A stretch of 64,000 bases of DNA from Eledone cirrhosa. Lineage: Eukaryota. The notes beneath the pieces were generated by a model, which ran no database searches, was not told the DNA's origin, and was given only the letters and a program-made list of their open reading frames with translations. This document shows, piece after piece, positions 1 through 12,000 of the stretch; within the stretch, counting starts at the first letter, position 1; the number at the start of each line of letters is the position of its first letter. The stretch is from assembly GCA_964016885.1 (NCBI GenBank), contig OZ024744.1, positions 105,338,001-105,402,000 of the forward strand, written 5' to 3'. Made by a program: the position numbers and the translations under genes.

Positions 1-3000
1 GTATGCCGTCTATGACTAGTCTGTGTGTACGGTTCTATGCCGTCTATGACTAGTCTGTGTCTAGGGTTGTATGCCGTCTATGACTAGTCTGTGTGTACGG
101 TTGTATGCCGTCTATGACTAGTCTGTGTATACGGTTGTATGCCGTCTATGACTAGTCTGTGTCTACGGTTGTATGCCGTCTATGACTAGTCTGTGTCTAC
201 AGTTGTATGCCGTCTATGACTAGTCTGTGTCTACGGTTTTATGCCGTCTATGACTAGTCTGTGTCTACAGTTGTATGCCTTCTCTGACTAGTCTGTGTCT
301 ACGGTTGTATGCCGTCTATGACTAGTCTGTGTCTACGGTTGTATGCCGTCTATGACTAGTCGGTGTCTACAGATTTATGCCGTCTCTGACTAGTCTGTGT
401 CTACGGTTGTATGCCGTCTATGCCTGGTCTGTGTCTACGGTTGTATGCCGTCTATGACTAGTCTGTGTCTACAGTTGTATGCCGTCTATGACTAGTCTGT
501 GTCTACGGTTGTATGCTGTCTATGACTAGTCTGTGTCTACTGCTGTATGCAGTCTATGACTAGTCTGTGTCTACGGTTGTATGCAGGCTATGACTAGTCT
601 GTGTCTACGGTTGTATGCCGTCTATGACTAGTCTGTGTGTACGGTTGTATGCCGTCTATGACTAGTCTTTGTGTACGGTTGTATGCCGTCTATGACTAGT
701 CTGTGTGTACGGTTGAATGCCGTCTATGACTAGTCTGTGTCTACGGTTGTATGCCGTCTATGACTAGTCTGTGTGTACGGTTGTATGCCGTCTATGACTA
801 GTCTGTGTCTACGGTTGTATGCCGTCTATGACTAGTCTGTGTGTACGGTTGTATGCCGTCTATGACTAGTCTGTGTGTACGGTTGTATGCCGTCTATGAC
901 TAGTCTGAGTCTACGGTTGTATGCCGTCTATGACTAGTCTGTGTGTACGGTTCTATGCCGTCTATGACTAGTCTGTGTCTAGTGTTGTATGCCGTCTATG
1001 ACTAGTCTGTGTGTACGGTTGTATGCCGTCTATGACTAGTCTGTGTATACGATTGTATGCCGTCTATGACTAGTCTGTGTCTACGGTTGTATGCCGTCTA
1101 TGACTAGTCTGTGTCTACAGTTGTATGCCGTCTATGACTAGTCTGTGTCTACGGTTTTATGCCGTCTATGACTAGTCTGTGTCTACAGTTGTATGCCTTC
1201 TCTGACTAGTCTGTGTCTACGGTTGTATGCCGTCTATGACTAGTCTGTGTCTACGGTTGTATGCCGTCTATGACTAGTCTGTGTCTACGGTTGTATGCCG
1301 TCTATGACTAGTCTGTGTCTACAGTTGTATGCCGTCTATGGCTAGTCTGTGTCTACGGTTGTATGCCGTCTATGACTAGTCTGTGTCTACAGTTTTATGC
1401 CGTCTCTGACTAGTCTGTGTCTACGGTTGTATGCCGTCTATGACTGGTCTGTGTCTACGGTTGTATGCCGTCTATGACTAGTCTGTGTCTACAGTTGTAT
1501 GCCGTCTATGACTAGTCTGTGTCTACGGTTGTATGCCGTCTATGACTAGTCTGTGTCTACAGTTGTATGCCGTCTCTGACTAGTCTGTGTCTACGGTTGT
1601 ATGCCATCTATGACTAGTCTGTGTCTACGGTTGTATGCCGTCTATGACTAGTCTGAGTCTACGGTTGTATGCAGTCTATGACTAGTCTGTGTCTACAGTT
1701 GTATGCCGTTTATGACTAGTCTGTGTGTACGGTTGTATGCCGTCTATGACTAGTCTGTGTCTACAGTTGTATGCCGTCTATGACTAGTCTGTGTCTACAG
1801 TTGTATACCGTCTATGACTTGTCTATGTCTACAGTTGTATGCCGTCTATGACTAGTCTGTGTCTACGGTTGTATGCCGTCTATGACTAGTCTGTGTCTAC
1901 GGTTGTATGCCGTCTATGACTAGTCTGTGTCTACGGTTGTATGCTGTCTATGACTAGTCTGTGTCTACTGCTGTATGCAGTCTATGACTAGTCTGTGTCT
2001 ACGGTTGTATGCAGGCTATGACTAGTCTGTGTCTACTGTTGTATGCCGTCTATGACTAGTCTGTGTGTACGGTAGTATGCCGTCTATGACTAGTCCTTGT
2101 GTACGGTTGTATGCCGTCTATGACTAGTCTCTGTGTACGGTTGAATGCCGTCTATGACTAGTCTGTGTCTACGGTTGTATGCCGTCTATGACTAGTCTGT
2201 GCGTACGGTTGTATGCCGTCTATGACTAGTCTGTGTCTACGGTTGTATGCCGTCTATGACTAGTCTGATCCACGGTTGTATGCCGTCTATGACTAGTCTG
2301 ATCCACTGTTGTATGCCGTCTATGACTAGTCTGTGTCTACGGTTGTATGGCGTCTATGACTAGTCTGTGTCTACCGTTGTATGCCAACTATGACTAGTCT
2401 GTGTCTACAGTTGTATGCCATCTATGACTAGTCTGTGTCAACTGATGTATACCGTCTATGACTAGTCTGTGTCTACGGTTGTATGCCGTCTATGACTAGT
2501 CTGTGTGTACGGTTGTATGCCGTCTATGACTAGTCTGTGTGTACGGTTGTATGCCGTCTATGACTAGTCTGTGTGTACGGTTGTATGCCGTCTATGACTA
2601 GTCTGTGTGTACGGTTGTATGCCGTCTATGACTAGTCTGAGTCTACGGTTGTATGCCGTCTATGACTAGTCTGTGTGTACGGTTCTATGCCGTCTATGAC
2701 TAGTCTGTGTCTAGGGTTGTATGCCGTCTATGACTAGTCTGTGTGTACGGTTGTATTCCGTCTATGACTAGTCTGTGTGTACGGTTCTATGCCGTCTATG
2801 ACTAGTCTGTGTCTAGGGTTGTATGCCGTCTATGACTAGTCTGTGTGTACGGTTGTATGCCGTCTATGACTAGTCTGTGTATACGGTTGTATGCCGTCTA
2901 TGACTAGTCTGTGTCTACGGTTGTATGCCGTCTATGACTAGTCTGTGTCTACAGTTGTATGCCGTCTATGACTAGTCTGTGTCTACGGTTGTATGCCGTC

Positions 3001-6000
3001 TATGACTAGTCTGTGTCTACAGTTGTATGCCGTCTCTGACTAGTCTGTGTCTACGGTTGTATGCCGTCTATGACTAGTCTGTGTCTACGGTTTATGCCGT
3101 CTATGACTAGTCTGTGTCTACGGTTGTATGCCATCTATGACTAGTCTGTGTGTACGGTTGTATGCCGTCTATGACTAGTCTGTGTCTACGGTTGTATGCC
3201 GTCTATGACTAGTCTGTGTGTAATGTTGTATGCCGTCTATGACTAGTCTGTGTCTACGGTTGTATGCCGTCTATGACTAGTCTGTGTCTACGCTTGTATG
3301 CCGTCTATGACTAGAATGTGTCTACGGCTGTATGCCATCTATGACTAGTCTGTGTTTAATTTTGTATGCCGTCTATGACTAGTCTGTGTCTACGCTTGTA
3401 TGCCGTCTATGACTAGTCTGTGTGTACGGTTGTATGCCGTCTATGACTAGTCTGTGTCTACGGTTGTATGCCGTCTATGACTTGTCTGTGTCTACGGTTG
3501 TATGCCCTCTTTGACTAGTCTGTGTCTACGGTTGTATGCCGTCTATGACTAGTCTGTGTCTACTGTTGTATGCAGTCTATGACTAGTCTGTGTCTACGGT
3601 TGTATGCCGTCTATGACTAGTCTGTGTCTACGGTTGTATGCTGTCTATGACTAGTCTGTGTCTACGGTTGTATGCCGTCTATGACTAGTCTGTGTCTACG
3701 GTTGTATGCCGTCTATGACTAGTCTGTGTCTACGGTTGTATGCCGTCTATGTCTAGTCTGAGTCTACGGTTGTAGGCAGTCTATGACTAGTCTGTGTCTA
3801 CGGTTGTATGCCGTCTATGACTAGTCTGTGTCTACGGTTGTATGCCGTCTATGACTAGTGTGTGTCTACAGTTGTATGCCGTCTATGACTAGTCTGTGTC
3901 TACAGTTGTATGCCGTCTATGACTAGTCTGTGTCTACGGTTGTATGCCGTCTATGACTAGTCTGTGTCTACGGTTGTATGCCGTCTATGACTATTCTGTG
4001 TCAACGGTTGTATGCTGTCTATGACTAGTCTGTGTGTACGGTTGTATGCAGTCTATGACTAGTCTGTGTCTACTGTTGTATGCCGTCTGTGACTAGTCTG
4101 TGTGTACGGTTGTATGCAGTCTATGACTAGTCTGTGTCTACGGTTGTATGCCGTCTATGGCTAGTCTGTGTGTACGGTTGTATGCCGTCTATGACTAGTC
4201 TGTGTCTACAGTTGTATGCCGTCTATGACTAGTCTGTGTCTACAGTTGTATGCCGTCTATGACTAGTCTGTGTCTACGGTTGTATGCCGTCTATGACTAG
4301 TCTGTGTCTACAGTTGTATGCCGTCTATGACTAGTTTGTGTCTACTGTTGTATACCGTCTATGACTAGTCTGTGTCTACGGTTGTATGCAGTCTATGACT
4401 AGTCTGTGTCTACGGTTGTATGCCGTCTATGATTAGTCTGTGTCTACGGTTGTATGCCGTCTATGACTAGTCAGTGTCTACAGTTGTATGCCGTCTATGA
4501 CTAGTCTGTGTCTTCGGTTGTATGCCGTCTATGACTAGTCTGTCTACGGTTGTATGCCGTCTATGACTAGTCTGTGTCTACAGTTGTATGCCGTCTATGA
4601 CTAGTCTGTGTCTACGGTTGTATGCCGTCTATGACTATTCTGTGTCTATGGTTGAATGCCGTCTATGACTAGTCTGTGTCTACGGTTGTATGCCGTTATG
4701 ACTTCTGATCCACGGTTGTATGCCGTCTATGACTAGTCTGATCCACTGTTGTATGCCGTCTATGACTAGTCTGTGTCTTCAGTTGTATGCCGTTTATGAG
4801 TAGTCTGTGTGTACGGTTGTATGCCGTCTATGACTAGTCTGTGTCTACGGTTGTATGCCGTCTATGACTAGTCTGTGTCTACGGTTGTATGCCGTCTATG
4901 ACTAGTCTGTGTCTACGGTTGTATGCAGTCTATGACTAGTCTGTGTGTTCGGTTGTATGCCGTCTATGACTAGTCTGAATCTACGGTTGTATGCAGTCTA
5001 TGACTAGTCTGTGTCTACAGTTGTATGCCGTTTATGACTAGTCTGTGTGTACGGTTGTATGCCGTCTATGACTAGTTTGTGTCTACAGTTGTATGCCGTC
5101 TATGACTAGTCTGTGTCTACAGTTGTATACCGTCTATGACTTGTCTATGTCTACAGTTGTATGCCGTCTATCACTAGTCTGTGTCTACGGTTGTATGCCG
5201 TCTATGACTAGTCTGTGTCTACGGTTGTATGCCGTCTATGACTAGTCTGTGTCTACAGTTGTATGCCGTCTATGACTAGTCTGTGTCTACGGTTGTATGC
5301 CGTCTATGACTAGTCTGCGTCTACAGTTTTATGCCGTCTCTGACTAGTCTGTGTCTACGGTTGTATGCCGTCTATGACTGGTCTGTGTCTACGGTTGTAT
5401 GCCGTCTATGACTAGTCTGTGTCTACAGTTGTATGCCGTCTATGACTAGTCTGTGTCTACGGTTGTATGCCGTCTATGACTAGTCTGTGTCTACAGTTGT
5501 ATGCCGTCTCTGACTAGTCTGTGTCTACGGTTGTATGCCATCTATGACTAGTCTGTGTCTACGGTTGTATGCCGTCTATGACTAGTCTGTGTCTACGGTT
5601 GTATGCAGTCTATGACTAGTCTGTGTCTACGGTTGTATGCCGTATATGACTAGTCTGTGTCTACGGTTGTATGCCGTCTATGACTAGTCTGTGTCTACGG
5701 TTGTATGCCGTATATGACTAGTCTGTGTGTACGGTTGTATGCCATCGATGACTAGCCTGTGTGTACGGTTGTATGCCGTCTATGACTAGTCTGTGTCTAC
5801 GGTTGTATGCCGTCTATGACTAATCTGTGTGTACGGTTGTATGCAGTCTATGACTAGTCTGTGTCTACGGTTGTATGCCGTCTATGACTAGTCTGTGTCT
5901 ACGGTTGTATTCAGTATAAGACTAGTCTGATCCACGGTTGTATGCCGTCTATGACTAGTCTGTGTCTTCGGTTGTATGCCGTCTATGACTAGTCTGTGTC

Positions 6001-9000
6001 TACAGTTGTATGCCGTCTATGACTAGACTGTGTCTACAGTTGTATGCCGTCTATGACTAGTCTGTGTCTACGGTTGTATGCCGTCTATGACTAGTCTGAG
6101 TCTACGGTTGTATGCCGTCTATGACTAGTCTGTGTCTACGGTTGTATGCCGTCTATGACTAGTCTGATCCACGGTTGTATGCCGTATATGACTAGTCTGT
6201 GTGTACGGTTGTATGCAGTCTATGACTAGTCTGTGTCCACGGTTGTATGCAGTCTATGACTAGTGTGATCCACGGTTGTATGCCGTCTATGACTAGTCTG
6301 ATCCACGGTTGTATGCCGTCTATGACTAGTCTGTGTCTACGGTTGTATGCAGTCTATGACTAGTCAGTGTCTACGGTTGTATGGCGTCTATGACTAGTCT
6401 GTGTCTACAGTTGTATGCCATCTATGACTAGTCTGTGTCAACAGTTGTATACCGTCTATGACTAGTCTGTGTCTACGGTTGTATGCCGTCTATGACTAGT
6501 CTGTGTGTACGGTTGTATGCCGTCTATGACTAGTCTGTGTGTACTGTTGTATGCCGTCTATGACTAGTCTGTGTGTACGGTTGTATGCCGTCTATGACTA
6601 GTCGGTGTCTACGGTTGTATGCCATCTATGACTAGTCTGTGTCTACAGTTGTATGCCATCTATGACTAGTCTGTGTCAACAGTTGTATACTGTCTATGAC
6701 TAGTCTGTGTCTACGGTTGTATGCCGTCTATGACTAGTCTGTGTGTACGGTTGTATGCCGTCTATGACTAGTCTGTGTGTACGGTTGTATGCCGTCTATG
6801 ACTAGTCTGTGTGTACGGTTGTATGCCGTCTATGACTAGTCTGAGTCTACGGTTGTATGCCGTCTATGACTAGTCTGTGTGTACGGTTCTATGCCGTCTA
6901 TGACTAGTCTGTGTCAAGGGTTGTATGCAGTCTATGACTAGTCTGTGTGTACGGTTGTATGCCGTCTATGACTAGTCTGTGTATACGGTTGTATGCCGTC
7001 TATGACTAGTCTGTGTCTACGGTTGTATGCCGTCTATGACTAGTCTGTGTCTACAGTTGTATGCCGTCTATGACTAGTCTGTGTCTACGGTTGTATGCCG
7101 TCTATGACTAGTCTGTGTCTACAGTTGTATGCCGTCACTGACTAGTCTGTGTCTACGGTTGTATGCCGTCTATGACTAGTCTGTGTCTACGGTTGTATGC
7201 CGTCTATGACTAGTCTGTGTCTACGGTTGTATGCCGTCTATGACTAGTCGGTGTCTACAGATTTATGCCGTCTCTGACTAGTCTGTGTCTACGGTTGTAT
7301 GCCGTCTATGCCTGGTCTGTGTCTACGGTTGTATGACGTCTATGACTAGTCTGTGTCTACAGTTGTATGCCGTCTATGACTAGTCTGTGTCTACGGTTGT
7401 ATGCTGTCTATGACTAGTCTGTGTCTACTGCTGTATGCAGTCTATGACTAGTCTGTGTCTACGGTTGTATGCAGGCTATGACTAGTCTGTGTCTACGGTT
7501 GTATGCCGTCTATGACTAGTCTGTGTGTACGGTTGTATGCCGTCTATGACTAGTCTTTGTGTACGGTTGTATGCCGTCTATGACTAGTCTGTGTGTACGG
7601 TTGAATGCCGTCTATGACTAGTCTGTGTCTACGGTTGTATGCCGTCTATGACTAGTCTGTGTGTACGGTTGTATGCCGTCTATGACTAGTCTGTGTCTAC
7701 GGTTGTATGCCGTCTATGACTAGTCTGTGTGTATGGTTGTATGCCGTCTATGACTAGTCTGAGTCTACGGTTGTATGCCGTCTATGACTAGTCTGTGTGT
7801 ACGGTTCTATGCCGTCTATGACTAGTCTGTGTCTAGGGTTGTATGCCGTCTATGACTAGTCTGTGTGTACGGTTGTATGCCGTCTATGACTAGTCTGTGT
7901 ATACGGTTGTATGCCGTCTATGACTAGTCTGTGTCTACGGTTGTATGCCGTCTATGACTAGTCTGTGTCTACAGTTGTATGCCGTCTATGACTAGTCTGT
8001 GTCTACGGTTTTATGCCGTCTATGACTAGTCTGTGTCTACAGTTGTATGCCTTTTCTGACTAGTCTGTGTCTACGGTTGTATGCCGTCTATGACTAGTCT
8101 GTGTCTACGGTTGTATGCCGTCTATGACTAGTCGGTGTCTACAGATTTATGCCGTCTCTGACTAGTCTGTGTCTACGGTTGTATGCCGTCTATGCCTGGT
8201 CTGTGTCTACGGTTGTATGCCGTCTATGACTAGTCTGTGTCTACAGTTGTATGCCGTCTATGACTAGTCTGTGTCTACGGTTGTATGCTGTCTATGACTA
8301 GTCTGTGTCTACTGCTGTATGCAGTCTATGACTAGTCTGTGTCTACGGTTGTATGCAGGCTATGACTAGTCTGTGTCTACGGTTGTATGCCGTCTATGAC
8401 TAGTCTGTGTGTACGGTTGTATGCCGTCTATGACTAGTCTTTGTGTACGGTTGTATGCCGTCTATGACTAGTCTGTGTGTACGGTTGAATGCCGTCTATG
8501 ACTAGTCTGTGTCTACGGTTGTATGCCGTCTATGACTAGTCTGTGTGTACGGTTGTATGCCGTCTATGACTAGTCTGTGTCTACGGTTGTATGCCGTCTA
8601 TGACTAGTCTGTGTGTACGGTTGTATGCCGTCTATGACTAGTCTGTGTGTACGGTTGTATGCCGTCTATGACTAGTCTGAGTCTACGGTTGTATGCCGTC
8701 TATGACTAGTCTGTGTGTACGGTTCTATGCCGTCTATGACTAGTCTGTGTCTAGTGTTGTATGCCGTCTATGACTAGTCTGTGTGTACGATTGTATGCCG
8801 TCTATGACTAGTCTGTGTATACGATTGTATGCCGTCTATGACTAGTCTGTGTCTACGGTTGTATGCCGTCTATGACTAGTCTGTGTCTACAGTTGTATGC
8901 CGTCTATGACTAGTCTGTGTCTACGGTTTTATGCCGTCTATGACTAGTCTGTGTCTACAGTTGTATGCCTTCTCTGACTAGTCTGTGTCTACGGTTGTAT

Positions 9001-12000
9001 GCCGTCTATGACTAGTCTGTGTCTACGGTTGTATGCCGTCTATGACTAGTCTGTGTCTACGGTTGTATGCCGTCTATGACTAGTCTGTGTCTACAGTTGT
9101 ATGCCGTCTATGGCTAGTCTGTGTCTACGGTTGTATGCCGTCTATGACTAGTCTGTGTCTACAGTTGTATGCCGTCTCTGACTAGTCTGTGTCTACGGTT
9201 GTATGCCGTCTATGACTAGTCTGAGTCTACGGTTGTATGCAGTCTATGACTAGTCTGTGTCTACAGTTGTATGCCGTTTATGACTAGTCTGTGTGTACGG
9301 TTGTATGCCGTCTATGACTAGTCTGTGTCTACAGTTGTATGCCGTCTATGACTAGTCTGTGTCTACAGTTGTATACCGTCTATGACTTGTCTATGTCTAC
9401 AGTTGTATGCCGTCTATGACTAGTCTGTGTCTACGGTTGTATGCCGTCTATGACTAGTCTGTGTCTACGGTTGTATGCCGTCTATGACTAGTCTGTGTCT
9501 ACTGCTGTATGCAGTCTATGACTAGTCTGTGTCTACGGTTGTATGCAGGCTATGACTAGTCTGTGTCTACTGTTGTATGCCGTCTATGACTAGTCTGTGT
9601 GTACGGTTGTATGCCGTCTATGACTAGTCCTTGTGTACGGTTGTATGCCGTCTATGACTAGTCTCTGTGTACGGTTGATTGCCGTCTATGACTAGTCTGT
9701 GTCTACGGTTGTATGCCGTCTATGACTAGTCTGTGTGTACGGTTGTATGCCGTCTATGACTAGTCTGTGTCTACGGTTGTATGCCGTCTATGACTAGTCT
9801 GATCCACGGTTGTATGCCGTCTATGACTAGTCTGATCCACTGTTGTATGCCGTCTATGACTAATCTGTGTCTACGGTTGTATGGCGTCTATGACTAGTCT
9901 GTGTCTACCGTTGTATGCCAACTATGACTAGTCTGTGTCTACAGTTGTATGCCATCTATGACTAGTCTGTGTCAACAGTTGTATACCGTCTATGACTAGT
10001 CTGTGTCTACGGTTGTATGCCGTCTATGACTAGTCTGTGTGTACGGTTGTATGCCGTCTATGACTAGTCTGTGTGTACGGTTGTATGCCGTCTATGACTA
10101 GTCTGTGTGTACGGTTGTATGCCGTCTATGACTAGTCTGTGTGTACGGTTGTATGCCGTCTATGACTAGTCTGAGTCTACGGTTGTATGCCGTCTATGAC
10201 TAGTCTGTGTGTACGGTTCTATGCCGTCTATGACTAGTCTGTGTCTAGGGTTGTATGCCGTCTATGACTAGTCTGTGTGTACGGTTGTATTCCGTCTATG
10301 ACTAGTCTGTGTGTATGGTTCTATGCCGTCTATGACTAGTCTGTGTCTAGGGTTGTATGCCGTCTATGACTAGTCTGTGTGTGCGGTTGTATGCCGTCTA
10401 TGACTAGTCTGTGTATACGGTTGTATGCCGTCTATGACTAGTCTGTGTCTACGGTTGTATGCCGTCTATGACTAGTCTGTGTCTACAGTTGTATGCCGTC
10501 TATGACTAGTCTGTGTCTACGGTTGTATGCCGTCTATGACTAGTCTGTGTCTACAGTTGTATGCCGTCTCTGACTAGTCTGTGTCTACGGTTGTATGCCG
10601 TCTATGACTAGTCTGTGTCTACGGTTGTATTCCGTCTATGACTAGTCTGTGTCTACGGTTTATGCCGTCTATGACTAGTCTGTGTCTACGGTTGTATGCC
10701 ATCTATGACTAGTCTGTGTGTACGGTTGTATGCCGTCTATGACTAGTCTGTGTCTACGGTTGTATGCCGTCTATGACTAGTCTGTGTGTAATGTTGTATG
10801 CCGTCTATGACTAGTCTGTGTCTACGGTTGTATGCCGTCTATGACTAGTCTGTGTCTACGCTTGTATGCCGTCTATGACTAGAATGTGTCTACGGCTGTA
10901 TGCCATCTATGACTAGTCTGTGTGTAATGTTGTATGCCGTCTATGACTAGTCTGTGTCTACGCTTGTATGCCGTCTATGACTAGTCTGTGTGTACGGTTG
11001 TATGCCGTCTATGACTAGTCTGTGTCTACGGTTGTATGCCGTCTATGACTTGTCTGTGTCTACGGTTGTATGCCCTCTTTGACTAGTCTGTGTCTACGGT
11101 TGTATGCCGTCTATGACTAGTCTGTGTCTACTGTTGTATGCAGTCTATGACTAGTCTGTGTCTACGGTTGTATGCCGTCTATGACTAGTCTGTGTCTACG
11201 GTTGTATGCTGTCTATGACTAGTCTGTGTCTACGGTTGTATGCCGTCTATGACTAGTCTGTGTCTACGGTTGTATGCCGTCTATGACTAGTCTGTGTCTA
11301 CGGTTGTATGCCGTCTATGTCTAGTCTGAGTCTACGGTTGTAGGCAGTATATGACTAGTCTGTGTCTACGGTTGTATGCCGTCTATGACTAGTCTGTGTC
11401 TACGGTTGTATGCCGTCTATGACTAGTGTGTGTCTACAGTTGTATGCCGTCTATGACTAGTCTGTGTCTACAGTTGTATGCCGTCTATGACTAGTCTGTG
11501 TCTACGGTTGTATGCCGTCTATGACTAGTCTGTGTCTACGGTTGTATGCCGTCTATGACTATTCTGTGTCAACGGTTGTATGCTGTCTATGACTAGTCTG
11601 TGTGTACGGTTGTATGCAGTCTATGACTAGTCTGTGTCTACTGTTGTATGCCGTCTGTGACTAGTCTGTGTGTACGGTTGTATGCAGTCTATGACGAGTC
11701 TGTGTCTACGGTTGTATGCCGTCTATGGCTAGTCTGTGTGTACGGTTGTATGCCGTCTATGACTAGTCTGTGTCTACAGTTGTATGCCGTCTATGACTAG
11801 TCTGTGTCTACAGTTGTATGCCGTCTATGACTAGTCTGTGTCTACGGTTGTATGCCGTCTATGACTAGTCTGTGTCTACAGTTGTATGCCGTCTATGACT
11901 AGTTTGTGTCTACTGTTGTATACCGTCTATGACTAGTCTGTGTCTACGGTTGTATGCAGTCTATGACTAGTCTGTGTCTACGGTTGTATGCCGTCTATGA

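Noticed and set aside
24-34. Resemblance of variant GTGTACGG and the T/G-rich strand to Candida/Kluyveromyces telomeric repeat cores (GGTGTACGGA)
   Set aside because: The match is only 8 bp and lies in a minority variant. The array is far longer than yeast telomeres, and variants are inherited in long duplicated blocks, which indicates recombinational rather than telomerase-templated synthesis.
8-41. CENP-B box suggested by the 17-bp sub-period
   Set aside because: The required TTCG....A..CGGG core is not present on either strand. The length match is coincidental.
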